From: an uncultured Pseudomonadota bacterium
Lineage (GTDB): Bacteria > Oederibacteriota > Muellerivitia > Muellerivitales > Muellerivitaceae
Direction: 5' to 3'
DNA: 64,000 bases
Assembly (NCBI GenBank): GCA_963836235.1
Contig: CAWIIP010000002.1
Span: 1,664,001-1,728,000 of the forward strand
In this document: positions 18,933 to 28,354 of the stretch, piece by piece
Layout of the letters: each line of letters begins with the position of its first letter
Position numbering within the stretch: the first letter of the stretch is position 1
Translations under genes and position numbers: made by a program
Notes under the pieces: model-generated
The model's database searches: none
What the model was told of the DNA's origin: nothing
What the model saw: the letters and a program-made list of their open reading frames with translations, nothing else

Positions 18933-19664
18933 ATGGGTAAAGTTCACATGAAGGTCTACCGGGGCAACTCGGAGGGCGGGGAACTGAGGGATTACCACGT
19001 CGAGGCCGAAGAGGGCATGGTGGTGCTGGACGTGGTCCATAAGATCCAGGCCACCCAATCCTCCGACTTGGCCTGCCGCTGGAATTGCAAGGCCGGCAAA
19101 TGCGGCTCCTGCTCGGCCGAAGTGAATGGCAAACCCCGCCTCATGTGCATGACCCGGATGAACGAATTCAAAGAGGGGGAAAGCATCACCATCACTCCCA
19201 TGAAGACCTTTCCTTTATTAAAAGACCTGGCGACGGATGTTTCCTGGAACTATCAAGTGAACAAGCGCATACCTCCCTTCACCCCGAAAGAGGGAGCCGA
19301 TTGGCATTGGGAGCAGGAAGACGTGGACCGGGTGCAGGAATTCCGCAAGTGTATCGAGTGCTTTCTCTGCCAGGATACATGCCATGTTTTGCGCGACCAT
19401 GACAAGATGGCAAAATTCGCGGGCCCACGTTTTTTCGTGCGTATCGCCAGCCTGGAAATGCATCCCATTGACGGTCTGGACCGCACGGAACTTTTGAAAA
19501 ATGAGCATGGCCTGGGTTTCTGCAACATCACTAAGTGCTGCACCGAGGTTTGTCCCGAATCCATCCACATCACGGACAACGCCATCATTCCTCTCAAGGA
19601 ACGTGTTGTGGACAAATACTACGATCCGCTTAAGATTTTGTGGAGCAAGATCACGGGTAAGTAA
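18933..19664 (+). CDS. sdhB: Succinate dehydrogenase/fumarate reductase iron-sulfur subunit
   Basis: CKAGKCGSC...C, CIECFLCQDTC, CNITKCCTEVCP. Confidence 0.95.
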   Translation: MGKVHMKVYRGNSEGGELRDYHVEAEEGMVVLDVVHKIQATQSSDLACRWNCKAGKCGSCSAEVNGKPRLMCMTRMNEFKEGESITITPMKTFPLLKDLATDVSWNYQVNKRIPPFTPKEGADWHWEQEDVDRVQEFRKCIECFLCQDTCHVLRDHDKMAKFAGPRFFVRIASLEMHPIDGLDRTELLKNEHGLGFCNITKCCTEVCPESIHITDNAIIPLKERVVDKYYDPLKILWSKITGK

Positions 19665-19939
19665 TGTCCGATCTCGAGGCGGCCGTCCGCTGGCGGCCCT
19701 GGTCTATCGCCATCGTTCTGGCCATTTTCATTTCGCTTTATGCTCTCAACCAGTTCGGCCTTTTTTCCATTAATAACACCACATGGTTCGGCTGTGGGGC
19801 TTTAACTTTATCCGTAGTCTGGAATATTTACGTGATCAAATTGGCCCGATCACGGTCAAAGCTCGGCTGGAATGGGGAAATCGCCGATGGCCTGCTTCTC
19901 ACGGGTTTAATCATCGTTTTTTTTGGGGCATTTTTTTAA
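19664..19939 (+). CDS. Small membrane protein coupled to sdhB
   Basis: TAATG overlap; three hydrophobic segments. Confidence 0.6.
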   Translation: MSDLEAAVRWRPWSIAIVLAIFISLYALNQFGLFSINNTTWFGCGALTLSVVWNIYVIKLARSRSKLGWNGEIADGLLLTGLIIVFFGAFF

Positions 19940-20107
19940 CTCCTGAAATTGCCGCTTATCCGGGATTTACGTTCAACTTTACAGGCCATTTTCCATCACT
20001 TTTAACCACATGGGTCATTCTATGTAATATTGGCGAAACAACCAAACGACATAGTCCTCCGGCTACGTTGAGAGTTTATCTTTTATATCTCATATCGGAG
20101 GCCATTC

Positions 20108-21601
20108 ATGGAAGTTTTCGGGCAAATGTTATCGCTGGAACATGTCGTGTTTCTTTTGCTGGCGCTGGGGCTGGCTCTGTCATTTGAGTTCGTAAATGGA
20201 TTCCACGATACGGCCAACGCGGTGGCTACCGTTATTTACACCCATGCCCTCAAACCCTGGATCGCGGTGGTTTGGTCCGGCTTGTGGAACCTGACCGGGG
20301 TTTTGACCTCCAGCGGGATGGTGGCCTTCGGTGTCATCTCCCTTTTACCCGTCGAATTGGTCATTCACGTGGGTTCGGGCCCCGGTTTCGCCATGGTTTT
20401 CTCGCTTTTGATTTCGGCCATCATTTGGAACGTCGGAACCTGGTATTTTGGTCTCCCGGCTTCCAGCTCCCATACCCTCTTCGGCTCCATCATGGGGGTC
20501 GGCTTGGCCAACGCCATGATGTCCCCGGGCCACGTTTTCGGGGAGGGCGTCAATTGGGCCAAGGCCAAGGACATCGGCATGGCACTTTTGCTCTCACCCA
20601 TCATCGGTTTTGTCTGCGCGGGCCTGCTTCTCCTTATTATGAAAGCCCTTGTCAAACGAAAAGACCTTTACGAATCCCCTGAGAAGGATAAGGCGCCTCC
20701 CCTTTGGATTCGGGGATTGCTGGTTCTTACCTGCACGGGCGTCAGCTTTGCCCATGGTTCCAACGACGGCCAAAAGGGCATGGGACTCATCATGTTGATC
20801 CTGATCGGCATTGTACCGGGTACTTTCGCGGTGGACTTAAGCGCCAGCGAGAAGGCTCTTCAGGAGCTTTCGGCCACCACCCAAACCATTTCCTTCCAGA
20901 TGGACAAGCACTCACCGGGAGCGGCAATGGGAGGCGGCCCGGTGGCGGACCAGTATATTTCCGACTACTTGAAACCATCAGGAAAGGCCGCCACAGACAC
21001 TTTCGCGGCCATTGGCACCAAGTGCCGTGAGATTTCAGCAGAATTAGAAGGCCATAAAAGCTTGAATGAATTGAGCGACGACCAACGCCGTACCCTGCGC
21101 AACGACCTTTACCTAACTTCGGAAGCCCTTGGAAAGGCCACCAAACAGAATTTGATTACTGACGCGGATGAAAAGAAATCGGCGGTGGATTTGAAAAAGC
21201 ACATGGACAAACTCACCAAGTTCATTCCCCTCTGGGTAAAAATCGTGGTGGCCTTGGCTTTGGGCTTGGGAACCATGATCGGCTGGAAGCGTGTCGTGAC
21301 GACCGTGGGAGAGAAAATCGGAAAATCCCACATGTCCTACGCACAGGGAGCCGCGGCTGAAATGGTGACTTTCGCCACTATCGAAGCAGCGGATATTTTT
21401 GGCCTGCCGGTCAGCACAACCCATATTCTTTCTTCTGGAGTTGCCGGAGCCATGGCGGCCAACCGTTCCGGACTTCAGATGCAAACGCTCCGAAATATAT
21501 TACTGGCTTGGGTATTAACCCTTCCGGTCTGCGTACTTTTGGGCGCTGGGATCTTCGCCTTTATCCTGAACGTGGTCTTGAACACTCTTGGGGTAAAATA
21601 A
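20108..21601 (+). CDS. pit: PiT-family inorganic phosphate transporter
   Basis: NGFHDTANAVAT, GLPASSSH, HGSNDGQKGMG, PVSTTH. Confidence 0.95.
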   Translation: MEVFGQMLSLEHVVFLLLALGLALSFEFVNGFHDTANAVATVIYTHALKPWIAVVWSGLWNLTGVLTSSGMVAFGVISLLPVELVIHVGSGPGFAMVFSLLISAIIWNVGTWYFGLPASSSHTLFGSIMGVGLANAMMSPGHVFGEGVNWAKAKDIGMALLLSPIIGFVCAGLLLLIMKALVKRKDLYESPEKDKAPPLWIRGLLVLTCTGVSFAHGSNDGQKGMGLIMLILIGIVPGTFAVDLSASEKALQELSATTQTISFQMDKHSPGAAMGGGPVADQYISDYLKPSGKAATDTFAAIGTKCREISAELEGHKSLNELSDDQRRTLRNDLYLTSEALGKATKQNLITDADEKKSAVDLKKHMDKLTKFIPLWVKIVVALALGLGTMIGWKRVVTTVGEKIGKSHMSYAQGAAAEMVTFATIEAADIFGLPVSTTHILSSGVAGAMAANRSGLQMQTLRNILLAWVLTLPVCVLLGAGIFAFILNVVLNTLGVK

Positions 21602-21616
21602 GGTCAAAATCAAAAA

Positions 21617-21964
21617 TTGAACCGACACAATAAAAAAAGCGGGGGGTGGAAAATCCCCCGCCAATCCCAACCGGGCGTGGGGAAGAGAATTTACAATTTC
21701 ATTTCCCTTGTGGAACAACTGCCCTACGGGGCCAGCCTGATGCAGGAAAAGAAAGTGGCCCGAGTTGCCATGGGGAGCGGGCTCCTCACGATGGCGGTGG
21801 GGGCCTCCATCTTCGCATTTGGTTGGGGATTAAAAATAACTTGGCTGGTTGAAACCGCCTTCTTTATCACCCTGATTGGTTGGATGATACTGATCATTGG
21901 CTTTGCTTTTTGGGTGGTTTCTTCCTTTGCCAAAAGATTTCCCCCAAAACCCCATAAGTCTTAA
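21617..21964 (+). CDS. Small membrane protein (start uncertain, possibly 21740)
   Basis: Two hydrophobic segments in the C-terminal half. Confidence 0.45.
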   Translation: MNRHNKKSGGWKIPRQSQPGVGKRIYNFISLVEQLPYGASLMQEKKVARVAMGSGLLTMAVGASIFAFGWGLKITWLVETAFFITLIGWMILIIGFAFWVVSSFAKRFPPKPHKS

Positions 21965-22232
21965 AAATGATTCCACATCTAAAATTGGTCAAAAAGGATC
22001 GTTTCACCAATTTTGCTCTTCTTTTTTTGGATTTTTTGGCGAGTTTAAGAATACCCTCATGCCTTAAACCCTTTAGAATCAATCAAAATTCCGCCTTGAC
22101 TCTAAAGCATACTCCAGCATTTATACTTACCCCGGAGTTCAAAATGAAAACCACTAAAACGATTCTGTAAATTGGACCAGTTTCCAATTTTGGGCGGTTG
22201 GTCGAGAAAGAAAAAGAATTAAGGAGAATATC

Positions 22233-22688
22233 ATGGCATCAAAAGTCCTGATTTTATGTACCAAGAATTCCTGCCGGTCGCAGATGGCCGAAGGCGTGTT
22301 GAAACATTACGGGGGTGATAAGTTCATTGTGGAAAGCGCGGGCCTTGAACCAACGCATGTCAACAAGAATGCCATAAAGGTCATGAAGGAAATAGGAATC
22401 GACATTTCCAAACAAAAAGCAAAGGATGTTACGGATTTCCTGGGCGATTACTTTGGATACATTATTACGGTTTGTTCCGATGCTGATATAAGGTGCCCAA
22501 TTTTTCCAGGAGTTTCACAGCGTTTGTACTGGCCTTTTGATGATCCACCTCAAACCGAGGAGGAGTCCCCGGAAATATTGGCTGAATTCCGAAAAGTCCG
22601 TGATGAGATTCACGCCAGGTTCAAAGAAGTTGCGGAAAAAGGGTTCATTCCTTTTATAAGAAAAAGTGCTAAAAACAGAGGTCAATAA
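22233..22688 (+). CDS. arsC: Thioredoxin-linked arsenate reductase (LMW-PTP fold)
   Basis: CTKNSCRSQMAE P-loop, TVCSDADIRCP, WPFDDP. Confidence 0.88.
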   Translation: MASKVLILCTKNSCRSQMAEGVLKHYGGDKFIVESAGLEPTHVNKNAIKVMKEIGIDISKQKAKDVTDFLGDYFGYIITVCSDADIRCPIFPGVSQRLYWPFDDPPQTEEESPEILAEFRKVRDEIHARFKEVAEKGFIPFIRKSAKNRGQ

Positions 22689-22802
22689 AATGAGAGCTCG
22701 CGTCTCGATTAACGACCGAAAAGTTTCAAAAGGCAATGAATTAGTTAACTCTTAACTATTAAGCTATCACTTAATAATATTCCTTGAGGGATCGGTAATC
22801 GC

Positions 22803-24107
22803 TTAGGGCGCCGTGTTGGATCTTTGGATCGAAATGCTCTTCAGCGCCTTGCCGTTTTCGAAAAACACCACGAAGTATTGGCCGGCGGGCATATCCCGTC
22901 CTTGAGAGTCTTTTCCGTCCCATTCCACCCAGGCGTCGGTCTCTGAAACAATCCGCCGGTTATAAACCACTTTTACCACTTTGGCCCGGGTATCCACAAC
23001 TTCCAACTGGTACAACCCGGGTCCATCGGCGAAGGTGATATAGATTTCGGCGGGGGAGGAGCCGAACACAATGTTGTGGTCTTTATCCAAATTGGGAAGC
23101 CATGAAGCGGCCACCGGGGCGGCGGCTTTCGGAGCCATTCCCGGCAAGGGGGTCCAAGTCCGGATGGGTAAGGGTTTGGGCGGCAAGGTTTGAATCCAGA
23201 CGGGAGTAGGCGTGGGGCGAATTCTGGCGGAAAGGACAGGAAGCTTTTCCAAAGGCCGGGGTTGAAGTCTGGGAAGGGGTTGGGAAACGAAGACGGGTTT
23301 TAGAACCGGAGTCAACCAGGGGCGTGGGACGAAAGTAGGGGTCGAAGTCGGCCAGGGAGTAAAGGTTAGGATACGGGTCCAAGTGTTAGTGGGGATGGCG
23401 GTAGGCCAAGGTGTCCTGGTGGGAGTGGGAGTTAAATAGATGATCGGAGTCGCCGTAGCGATATAGGAAGGTAAAAAAGCTATCTGGCGCCAGTAAAGGA
23501 CGCCACAACCATTATAGGGACCGGCACCCAGGGCCGATGCGTTATGGGAAACAAAATGAAGCGTGGCGCCGGGAAGATCGCTATTTATTTGGACGGCGGT
23601 TCCGGTATCCGCGGTGACGATAACGGCCGGCAGGGTGAAGAGATTTGAGGCCGGATTGTACTGTGAATCCATCCAGTTACGGCCCTGGGAGTCCGAGAGG
23701 GGAGGCGATCCCTGAGCGCAATTGGAACCTCCTGTAGGGTCCCAATAAAGGGCGGGAGGGGCTTTGACGTTCTCTTCGTTGTTCACGATGAAGGTGGCGC
23801 CTTGGCAATCCACCTCCAATTCCCAGGAACTATAAACCATCGGGGGGTTGAGCGTGGTGGTTTTCAAGGCTAGGCAAACACGGGGGTTTTGAAGCAGGTT
23901 TAAGGGAACCGAGAGGCAAAGATTGGATCCATCACAGCCCTCGGAAGAAGCGCAGTATTCCTTGGACCCCACATAAGAACCATTCACCCAGACTTGAGTG
24001 GTATCGTCTCCCGACACACAAATTTTTGCGGAAACCGGCAGGCATTGGGGGAAAAGGGATAGGGGGAATCCCGCCGTTAGTGCCAGGATCAATAATGCTT
24101 TTTTCAT
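22803..24107 (-). CDS. Secreted Cys-containing protein with P/T linker and C-terminal FlgD-Ig-like domain
   Basis: Signal peptide; GDD...VWVNG; PT-rich region; VEWDGKDSQGRDMPAGQYF. Confidence 0.75.
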   Translation of the reverse strand: MKKALLILALTAGFPLSLFPQCLPVSAKICVSGDDTTQVWVNGSYVGSKEYCASSEGCDGSNLCLSVPLNLLQNPRVCLALKTTTLNPPMVYSSWELEVDCQGATFIVNNEENVKAPPALYWDPTGGSNCAQGSPPLSDSQGRNWMDSQYNPASNLFTLPAVIVTADTGTAVQINSDLPGATLHFVSHNASALGAGPYNGCGVLYWRQIAFLPSYIATATPIIYLTPTPTRTPWPTAIPTNTWTRILTFTPWPTSTPTFVPRPWLTPVLKPVFVSQPLPRLQPRPLEKLPVLSARIRPTPTPVWIQTLPPKPLPIRTWTPLPGMAPKAAAPVAASWLPNLDKDHNIVFGSSPAEIYITFADGPGLYQLEVVDTRAKVVKVVYNRRIVSETDAWVEWDGKDSQGRDMPAGQYFVVFFENGKALKSISIQRSNTAP

Positions 24108-24220
24108 CCGAAGTGAAACCTCTTTTTAGATTATCGCAGGTTCAAGAGGGACATTTTAACCACTTTAAAGCGGGGGTGATATAATTCAGTACCCTCACAA
24201 ATTCCAATGGAAGGTTTGCA

Positions 24221-24443
24221 GTGAAAAAGACCCTCTTCATTTGTTTGATGCTCGGCGGGATGGGGCTTCTGCTGTTCCAACAGTCCTGCAATGTCAATAA
24301 TAACAATCCCACCTTGCCACTGCCGGTTCCAACCAGCCACTCCAACGGGAACTCCCACCAATACTCCCACTATTACCGATACTCCCAAGCCGACCCATAC
24401 TCCAACCATGACGCCTACCCCCACCCCAACCGCTACGCCCTAA
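24221..24443 (+). pseudogene. Short P/T-tailed lipoprotein gene with an apparent 1-nt frameshift near 24335
   Basis: Lipobox QQSC-NVNNNNPTLP in one frame; the +1 frame from 24336 reads ATPTGTPTNTPTITDTPKPTHTPTMTPTPTPTATP* and ends 6 nt before the next ATG. Confidence 0.6.
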
Positions 24444-24449
24444 TCGAAT

Positions 24450-24857
24450 ATGGCGGGCTATTCGGGTACACCCCTGATCCAAAAATTAGGCCTCAAAATC
24501 GGCCAACAAATGATGGTTCTTAACGCGCCGAAAAACTATTTCCAGCAGTTAGGCGGGCTTCCCAAGGACGTCAAGATTGTTTCCAGTCCTCAAACCCCAG
24601 TGGATTTCATCCATTTTTTCGCCCAGGACCGGAAAGATTATGAAAAGCGGCTTCCGGGGCTCAAGAAAAAATTAGCCCAGGACGGCATGATCTGGGTGTC
24701 ATGGCCCAAAGCCGCCTCCAAAGTCCCTACGGATGTGACGGAAAAGGTAGTCCGGGATACGGGATTAAAAAATGGGCTGGTAGACGTAAAGATTTGCGCG
24801 GTAGACGAAACCTGGTCGGGATTGAAGATGGTCATTCCCGTCAAAAAGAGGAAATAA
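24450..24857 (+). CDS. DUF3052-family protein
   Basis: MAGYSGTPL..KLG.K, WVSWPK.ASKV.TD, GLVDVKICAVDETWSGLK. Confidence 0.85.
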   Translation: MAGYSGTPLIQKLGLKIGQQMMVLNAPKNYFQQLGGLPKDVKIVSSPQTPVDFIHFFAQDRKDYEKRLPGLKKKLAQDGMIWVSWPKAASKVPTDVTEKVVRDTGLKNGLVDVKICAVDETWSGLKMVIPVKKRK

Positions 24858-24858
24858 A

Positions 24859-25695
24859 GTGCCGACCATTGTCCGTTGCGCCAGCGCCGAAGCATTTCTC
24901 GAAAAAGCCGGGAATTGGCTCGCCCAAAAAGAAGTTCAGAACAATGGCTGCCTAATTGTCGCTTCCAACCTAATCCCCAAGCCGGCATCGGAGCGCCCGG
25001 AACATTATTTCTGGGTGATCGAGCAGGAGGAGACTGTCGTCGGGACGGCTTTTTGGACTCCACCCTATAAGTTCACCGTGAGCGACATGGACAAGGAATC
25101 CCTCATGGCCCTTGCCAACGCCGTTCGGGACAGCCATCCCCATATACCCGGGGTGGGAGGACCCAAAGAACCGGCTAAACATTTTTCCCATTTTTGGAAC
25201 TTGAAAACCCAAAAATCACCGTTGTTGGAGCATTCCATGCGGATTTATCAAGTGGAAAAAATTATAAGCGTACCAATGAGTCCCGGAACCCTTCAAAAAG
25301 CACAGGAAAAAAACATGGGTCTTCTCACGGAATGGCTCCTTCAATTTCACGACGAAATCAGTATTTCGGAGGAAGTGGACGAGAAGAAGATGGTCGAAAA
25401 TTATATTCGTGAACAAAGGATGTTTGTCTGGGAAGACGAGGGATACCGGGCCATGGCGGCCTACGCCGGAAGCACGCTGAACGGAGTCCGGGTGAATATG
25501 GTCTATACGCCGCCGGAATTCAGGGGAAAAGGTTATGCCACCTCCCTGGTGGCAACTTTAAGTCAAAGCCTTTTGGATTCGGGCAAAAAGTTTTGCTGTC
25601 TTTACACCGATCTTTTAAACCCCACTTCCAACAGTATCTATCAGAAGATTGGGTACCAGCCAGTCTGCGATTGGAATGTTTATAAGTTTAAGTGA
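24859..25695 (+). CDS. GNAT-family acetyltransferase
   Basis: VYTPPEFRGKGYA; LYTD..NPTSNSIYQKIGY. Confidence 0.9.
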   Translation: MPTIVRCASAEAFLEKAGNWLAQKEVQNNGCLIVASNLIPKPASERPEHYFWVIEQEETVVGTAFWTPPYKFTVSDMDKESLMALANAVRDSHPHIPGVGGPKEPAKHFSHFWNLKTQKSPLLEHSMRIYQVEKIISVPMSPGTLQKAQEKNMGLLTEWLLQFHDEISISEEVDEKKMVENYIREQRMFVWEDEGYRAMAAYAGSTLNGVRVNMVYTPPEFRGKGYATSLVATLSQSLLDSGKKFCCLYTDLLNPTSNSIYQKIGYQPVCDWNVYKFK

Positions 25696-25707
25696 TTCCC
25701 GAAGCTT

Positions 25708-25745
25708 ATACCCAAACGTCTTGCGGTGTTTGGGTATTATTTTTT
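25708..25745 (+). terminator. Terminator hairpin A after the GNAT gene
   Basis: ATACCCAAAC/GTTTGGGTAT 10-bp stem plus T-rich tail. Confidence 0.65.
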
Positions 25746-25780
25746 GATAATGGAGATTATTTTCGTTTTTACAAAAAATT

Positions 25781-25818
25781 ACACCCAACCGTCTGACGGC
25801 AGTTGGGTGTTTTTATTT
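25781..25818 (+). terminator. Terminator hairpin B (diverged copy of A)
   Basis: ACACCCAAC/GTTGGGTGT stem plus TTTTATTT. Confidence 0.6.
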
Positions 25819-25845
25819 GGAAATAGTAATTTATTTAGGGGTTAC

Positions 25846-25940
25846 AAATAAAAAAGGCCGCACGCTCCGGAATTCCGGAGATCAGGGGCTCACCCAACTG
25901 TTTGTGATAGTGGCCCGGTTTCTGATGGACGGTGCGACCT
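25846..25940 (-). ncRNA. Candidate multi-stem small RNA or structured 3' end
   Basis: Minus strand: AGGTCGCAC/GTGCGGCCT closing stem enclosing ATCAG/CTGAT + GGGC/GCCC and CTCCGG-AATT-CCGGAG, then TTTTTATTT. Confidence 0.35.
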
Positions 25941-26094
25941 AGAGTTATCTTTCTCCAAAGGCTTTTCCTTCTCAAGAAAAATTTCGGTAAATAATAAAAT
26001 TGCGACGCATAAAACAAGCCACCGCCCTGTGGATAAGTCCGTAAAAGTAAAATATTTGGGTAAGGTTTTAAATACTGGATGGCTTATTTTAGTG

Positions 26095-27108
26095 TCAGAC
26101 TTGAAATGGTTTTTCTTCCACGGGTTTTTGGGTTTCTTGGAGAAGAAAAAGAGTTCCCCAAACCTTGCCGGAAGGGCCGGATCCGGAAGCGCTATCCAGC
26201 CGAAAACGCTTGGGTTTACTATTCCAATGCGTGTCCAGGTACTCCCGCTTTAATTCCTGACGATTTTTAATGGAATTCGCCATGAGGTCGCCGATGTCCC
26301 CCAAGGGGGTGTCCTTCGAGAAAAGATAAATATTGGAAAGGCTTTTGGGGTTCACGTCGAGGATTTTCCCGACACGGGCGTTGACGAAGATGGTATAGCC
26401 TTCGATTGAAACCGCGATGGCTCCGATAGGGAGAGTATCCAGAACATTTTTTAAGGTTGCGGCATATTCCAAAGCGGCCTGGTCGCCCTCCCTTACCCTT
26501 TCGGTGAGAAGGCTGGTTTTGCGGGCCAATTCCACGAGTTCTTTTTCTTCTTGGACGGTACGGTAGGCCAGGTACCCGGAATGAATGGCCACCACGAAAA
26601 GCAAGGCACAGGAAAGGAACAGGAAGGGATCGTAATAATTGAAATTGTCACTTTTGTAATAAATTAAATAGACGTAAAGCGCTATGACGGCGATGGAGAC
26701 GAAAACACTTCGGCCCACCGATTGGCTGAGGGCGGAAATAAAAAAAGTGAGAAAAATAAGGATCAAAAGATTGGTGTCGAAATGGTCGAAAAGGTAAATC
26801 CCGGCCAGTAAAAAGACAAAGTCCATCGAAAAAACAATGTATTGGAAACGGACTTTCTCAAACTTCTCCGCCGCCAAGAAATAAAAGGGAATAAAGGACG
26901 CCGCCAGGACCAAGGCGTAAACCACCGCCAACTTTTTTTGCTCCGGGTGGGCCAACAGGAAAAAATAAGCAAAACATAAAAGGATGAGGGCTAGAAGCAG
27001 GCGAATCAGGAAGATGTTTTTCTTAACGTGGGGTGTGGCTTGTTGGAGTCCGCTCATGGTAGCCTTGGCCTCCATTTTTTTATTCGAATGTCTTGTATCG
27101 GCCGACAA
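26095..27108 (-). CDS. Membrane sensor-like protein (multi-TM + PAS) without an output domain
   Basis: About six TM helices, coiled coil, NVLDTLPIGAIAVS..G...FVN PAS start; ends right after the PAS domain. Confidence 0.7.
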   Translation of the reverse strand: MSADTRHSNKKMEAKATMSGLQQATPHVKKNIFLIRLLLALILLCFAYFFLLAHPEQKKLAVVYALVLAASFIPFYFLAAEKFEKVRFQYIVFSMDFVFLLAGIYLFDHFDTNLLILIFLTFFISALSQSVGRSVFVSIAVIALYVYLIYYKSDNFNYYDPFLFLSCALLFVVAIHSGYLAYRTVQEEKELVELARKTSLLTERVREGDQAALEYAATLKNVLDTLPIGAIAVSIEGYTIFVNARVGKILDVNPKSLSNIYLFSKDTPLGDIGDLMANSIKNRQELKREYLDTHWNSKPKRFRLDSASGSGPSGKVWGTLFLLQETQKPVEEKPFQV

Positions 27109-27135
27109 TATTTATCATAAAGCAGGGGAAAGAAC

Positions 27136-28041
27136 GTGAAAAGCCCAAAGACATCCTATCCCCCCAGCGTTTGGCTGGCGTTGGCTTGCGTTTATGTGGT
27201 TTGGGGTTCCACCTACCTGGCGATCCGTTTTGCTATCGCCACGATTCCACCTTTCCTGATGGCGGGAACCCGGTTCTTGTCCTCGGGGCTTCTTTTGTAT
27301 TTTTTGATGCGATGGAAAGGGGATAAAAAGCCCCGGTTCGATCACTGGCGGTCCGCCACCATCATCAGTTTCTTCCTGATCGTCGTGGCCAATGGGGGAG
27401 TGAGCTGGATGGAACAAAAGGTTCCCTCCGGTATCACGGCCTTATTGGTTGGGACGGTCCCTCTTTGGATGGTTCTCTTGGAATGGGCCAGCAAAGGAGG
27501 GAAAAGGCCGGGTTTAGCAACCTGGTGTGGAATTTTTTTAGGAATGCTGGGCATTATCCTGCTGGTTTTTTCCCGCCAGAGTCCGGGAGAACTTCAAGTA
27601 AATCCTTGGAGCGCGGCTTGCCTGGTGTTCACGTCGCTGTCCTGGGCCTATGGGTCGCTTTACGCGCGCTCGGCCGCCCTGCCTTCTTCGGCCCTCCTGG
27701 CCACTTCCATGGAAATGATCACAGGCGGCGTGATGCAATTGCTCGTGGGATTGGGGTTGGGGGAAGCCGGCCAATTTCATTATTCCCAAATGACTTCTTC
27801 GTCCCTCGAAGCTTGGATTTATTTGACTTTGATCGGGTCCCTCGTGGGCTTTACCTCCTACATTTGGGTGCTTCAAAAATCCACGCCCGAACTGGCCTCC
27901 ACTTATGCCTTTGTAAATCCCGTTATCGCGGTTTTTTTGGGCTGGCTTTGGGCGGGGGAATCTGTGACCCCATCGCTTTTTTTGTCCTCAGTCCTCATCG
28001 TGGCGGCCGTGGTTTTAATCACTCTTAAGCCTGGCAAATAA
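27136..28041 (+). CDS. EamA/DMT-family transporter (YedA-like)
   Basis: VYVVWGSTYLAIR, PPFLMAG.RF, STYAFVNPVIAVFLG. Confidence 0.92.
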   Translation: MKSPKTSYPPSVWLALACVYVVWGSTYLAIRFAIATIPPFLMAGTRFLSSGLLLYFLMRWKGDKKPRFDHWRSATIISFFLIVVANGGVSWMEQKVPSGITALLVGTVPLWMVLLEWASKGGKRPGLATWCGIFLGMLGIILLVFSRQSPGELQVNPWSAACLVFTSLSWAYGSLYARSAALPSSALLATSMEMITGGVMQLLVGLGLGEAGQFHYSQMTSSSLEAWIYLTLIGSLVGFTSYIWVLQKSTPELASTYAFVNPVIAVFLGWLWAGESVTPSLFLSSVLIVAAVVLITLKPGK

Positions 28042-28325
28042 TCTACTGAAATGCCAAGGGGCCAAGGACGTCAGAAGAAAAACACAAAAAATAACTAGTT
28101 TTATTTCGGCTATAGTTTGCATGAGGACGCGGTGAAATCGGCGGTAGCCGTGGCCCAATGTTTTGGAATGGACCTTTAATTTGTCGTAAACTCGGTTCCA
28201 TTGTCTCCCGCCTTTGAATCCTCATTTACCCGTGAATTCCTTTGCGATAAGGGGGTGGGCTAAGAACAATCACCCCTCTTTTCAAGCCACTGACACCCTA
28301 AAATGTGCCTCTCTTTTTTTAGGGG

Positions 28326-28354
28326 TTATCACGAAGCTGGATGAGGGGTATAAT
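28326..28354 (+). promoter_or_regulatory. Putative sigma70 promoter
   Basis: TTATCA-17 nt-TATAAT, 340 nt before the desaturase ATG. Confidence 0.4.

Noticed and set aside
11501-19615. Long antisense ORFs (e.g. 11501-12784, 13331-14164, 15006-15887, 17529-18284)
   Set aside because: They mirror well-conserved, GC3-rich genes; typical shadow frames with no recognisable motifs.
21967-22170. 67-aa ORF between the membrane gene and arsC as a possible ArsR
   Set aside because: No HTH or ArsR motif; reads like AT-rich intergenic DNA.
26028-26036. Perfect DnaA box (TGTGGATAA) as a possible replication origin
   Set aside because: Only one box seen and no dnaA/dnaN/gidA context.
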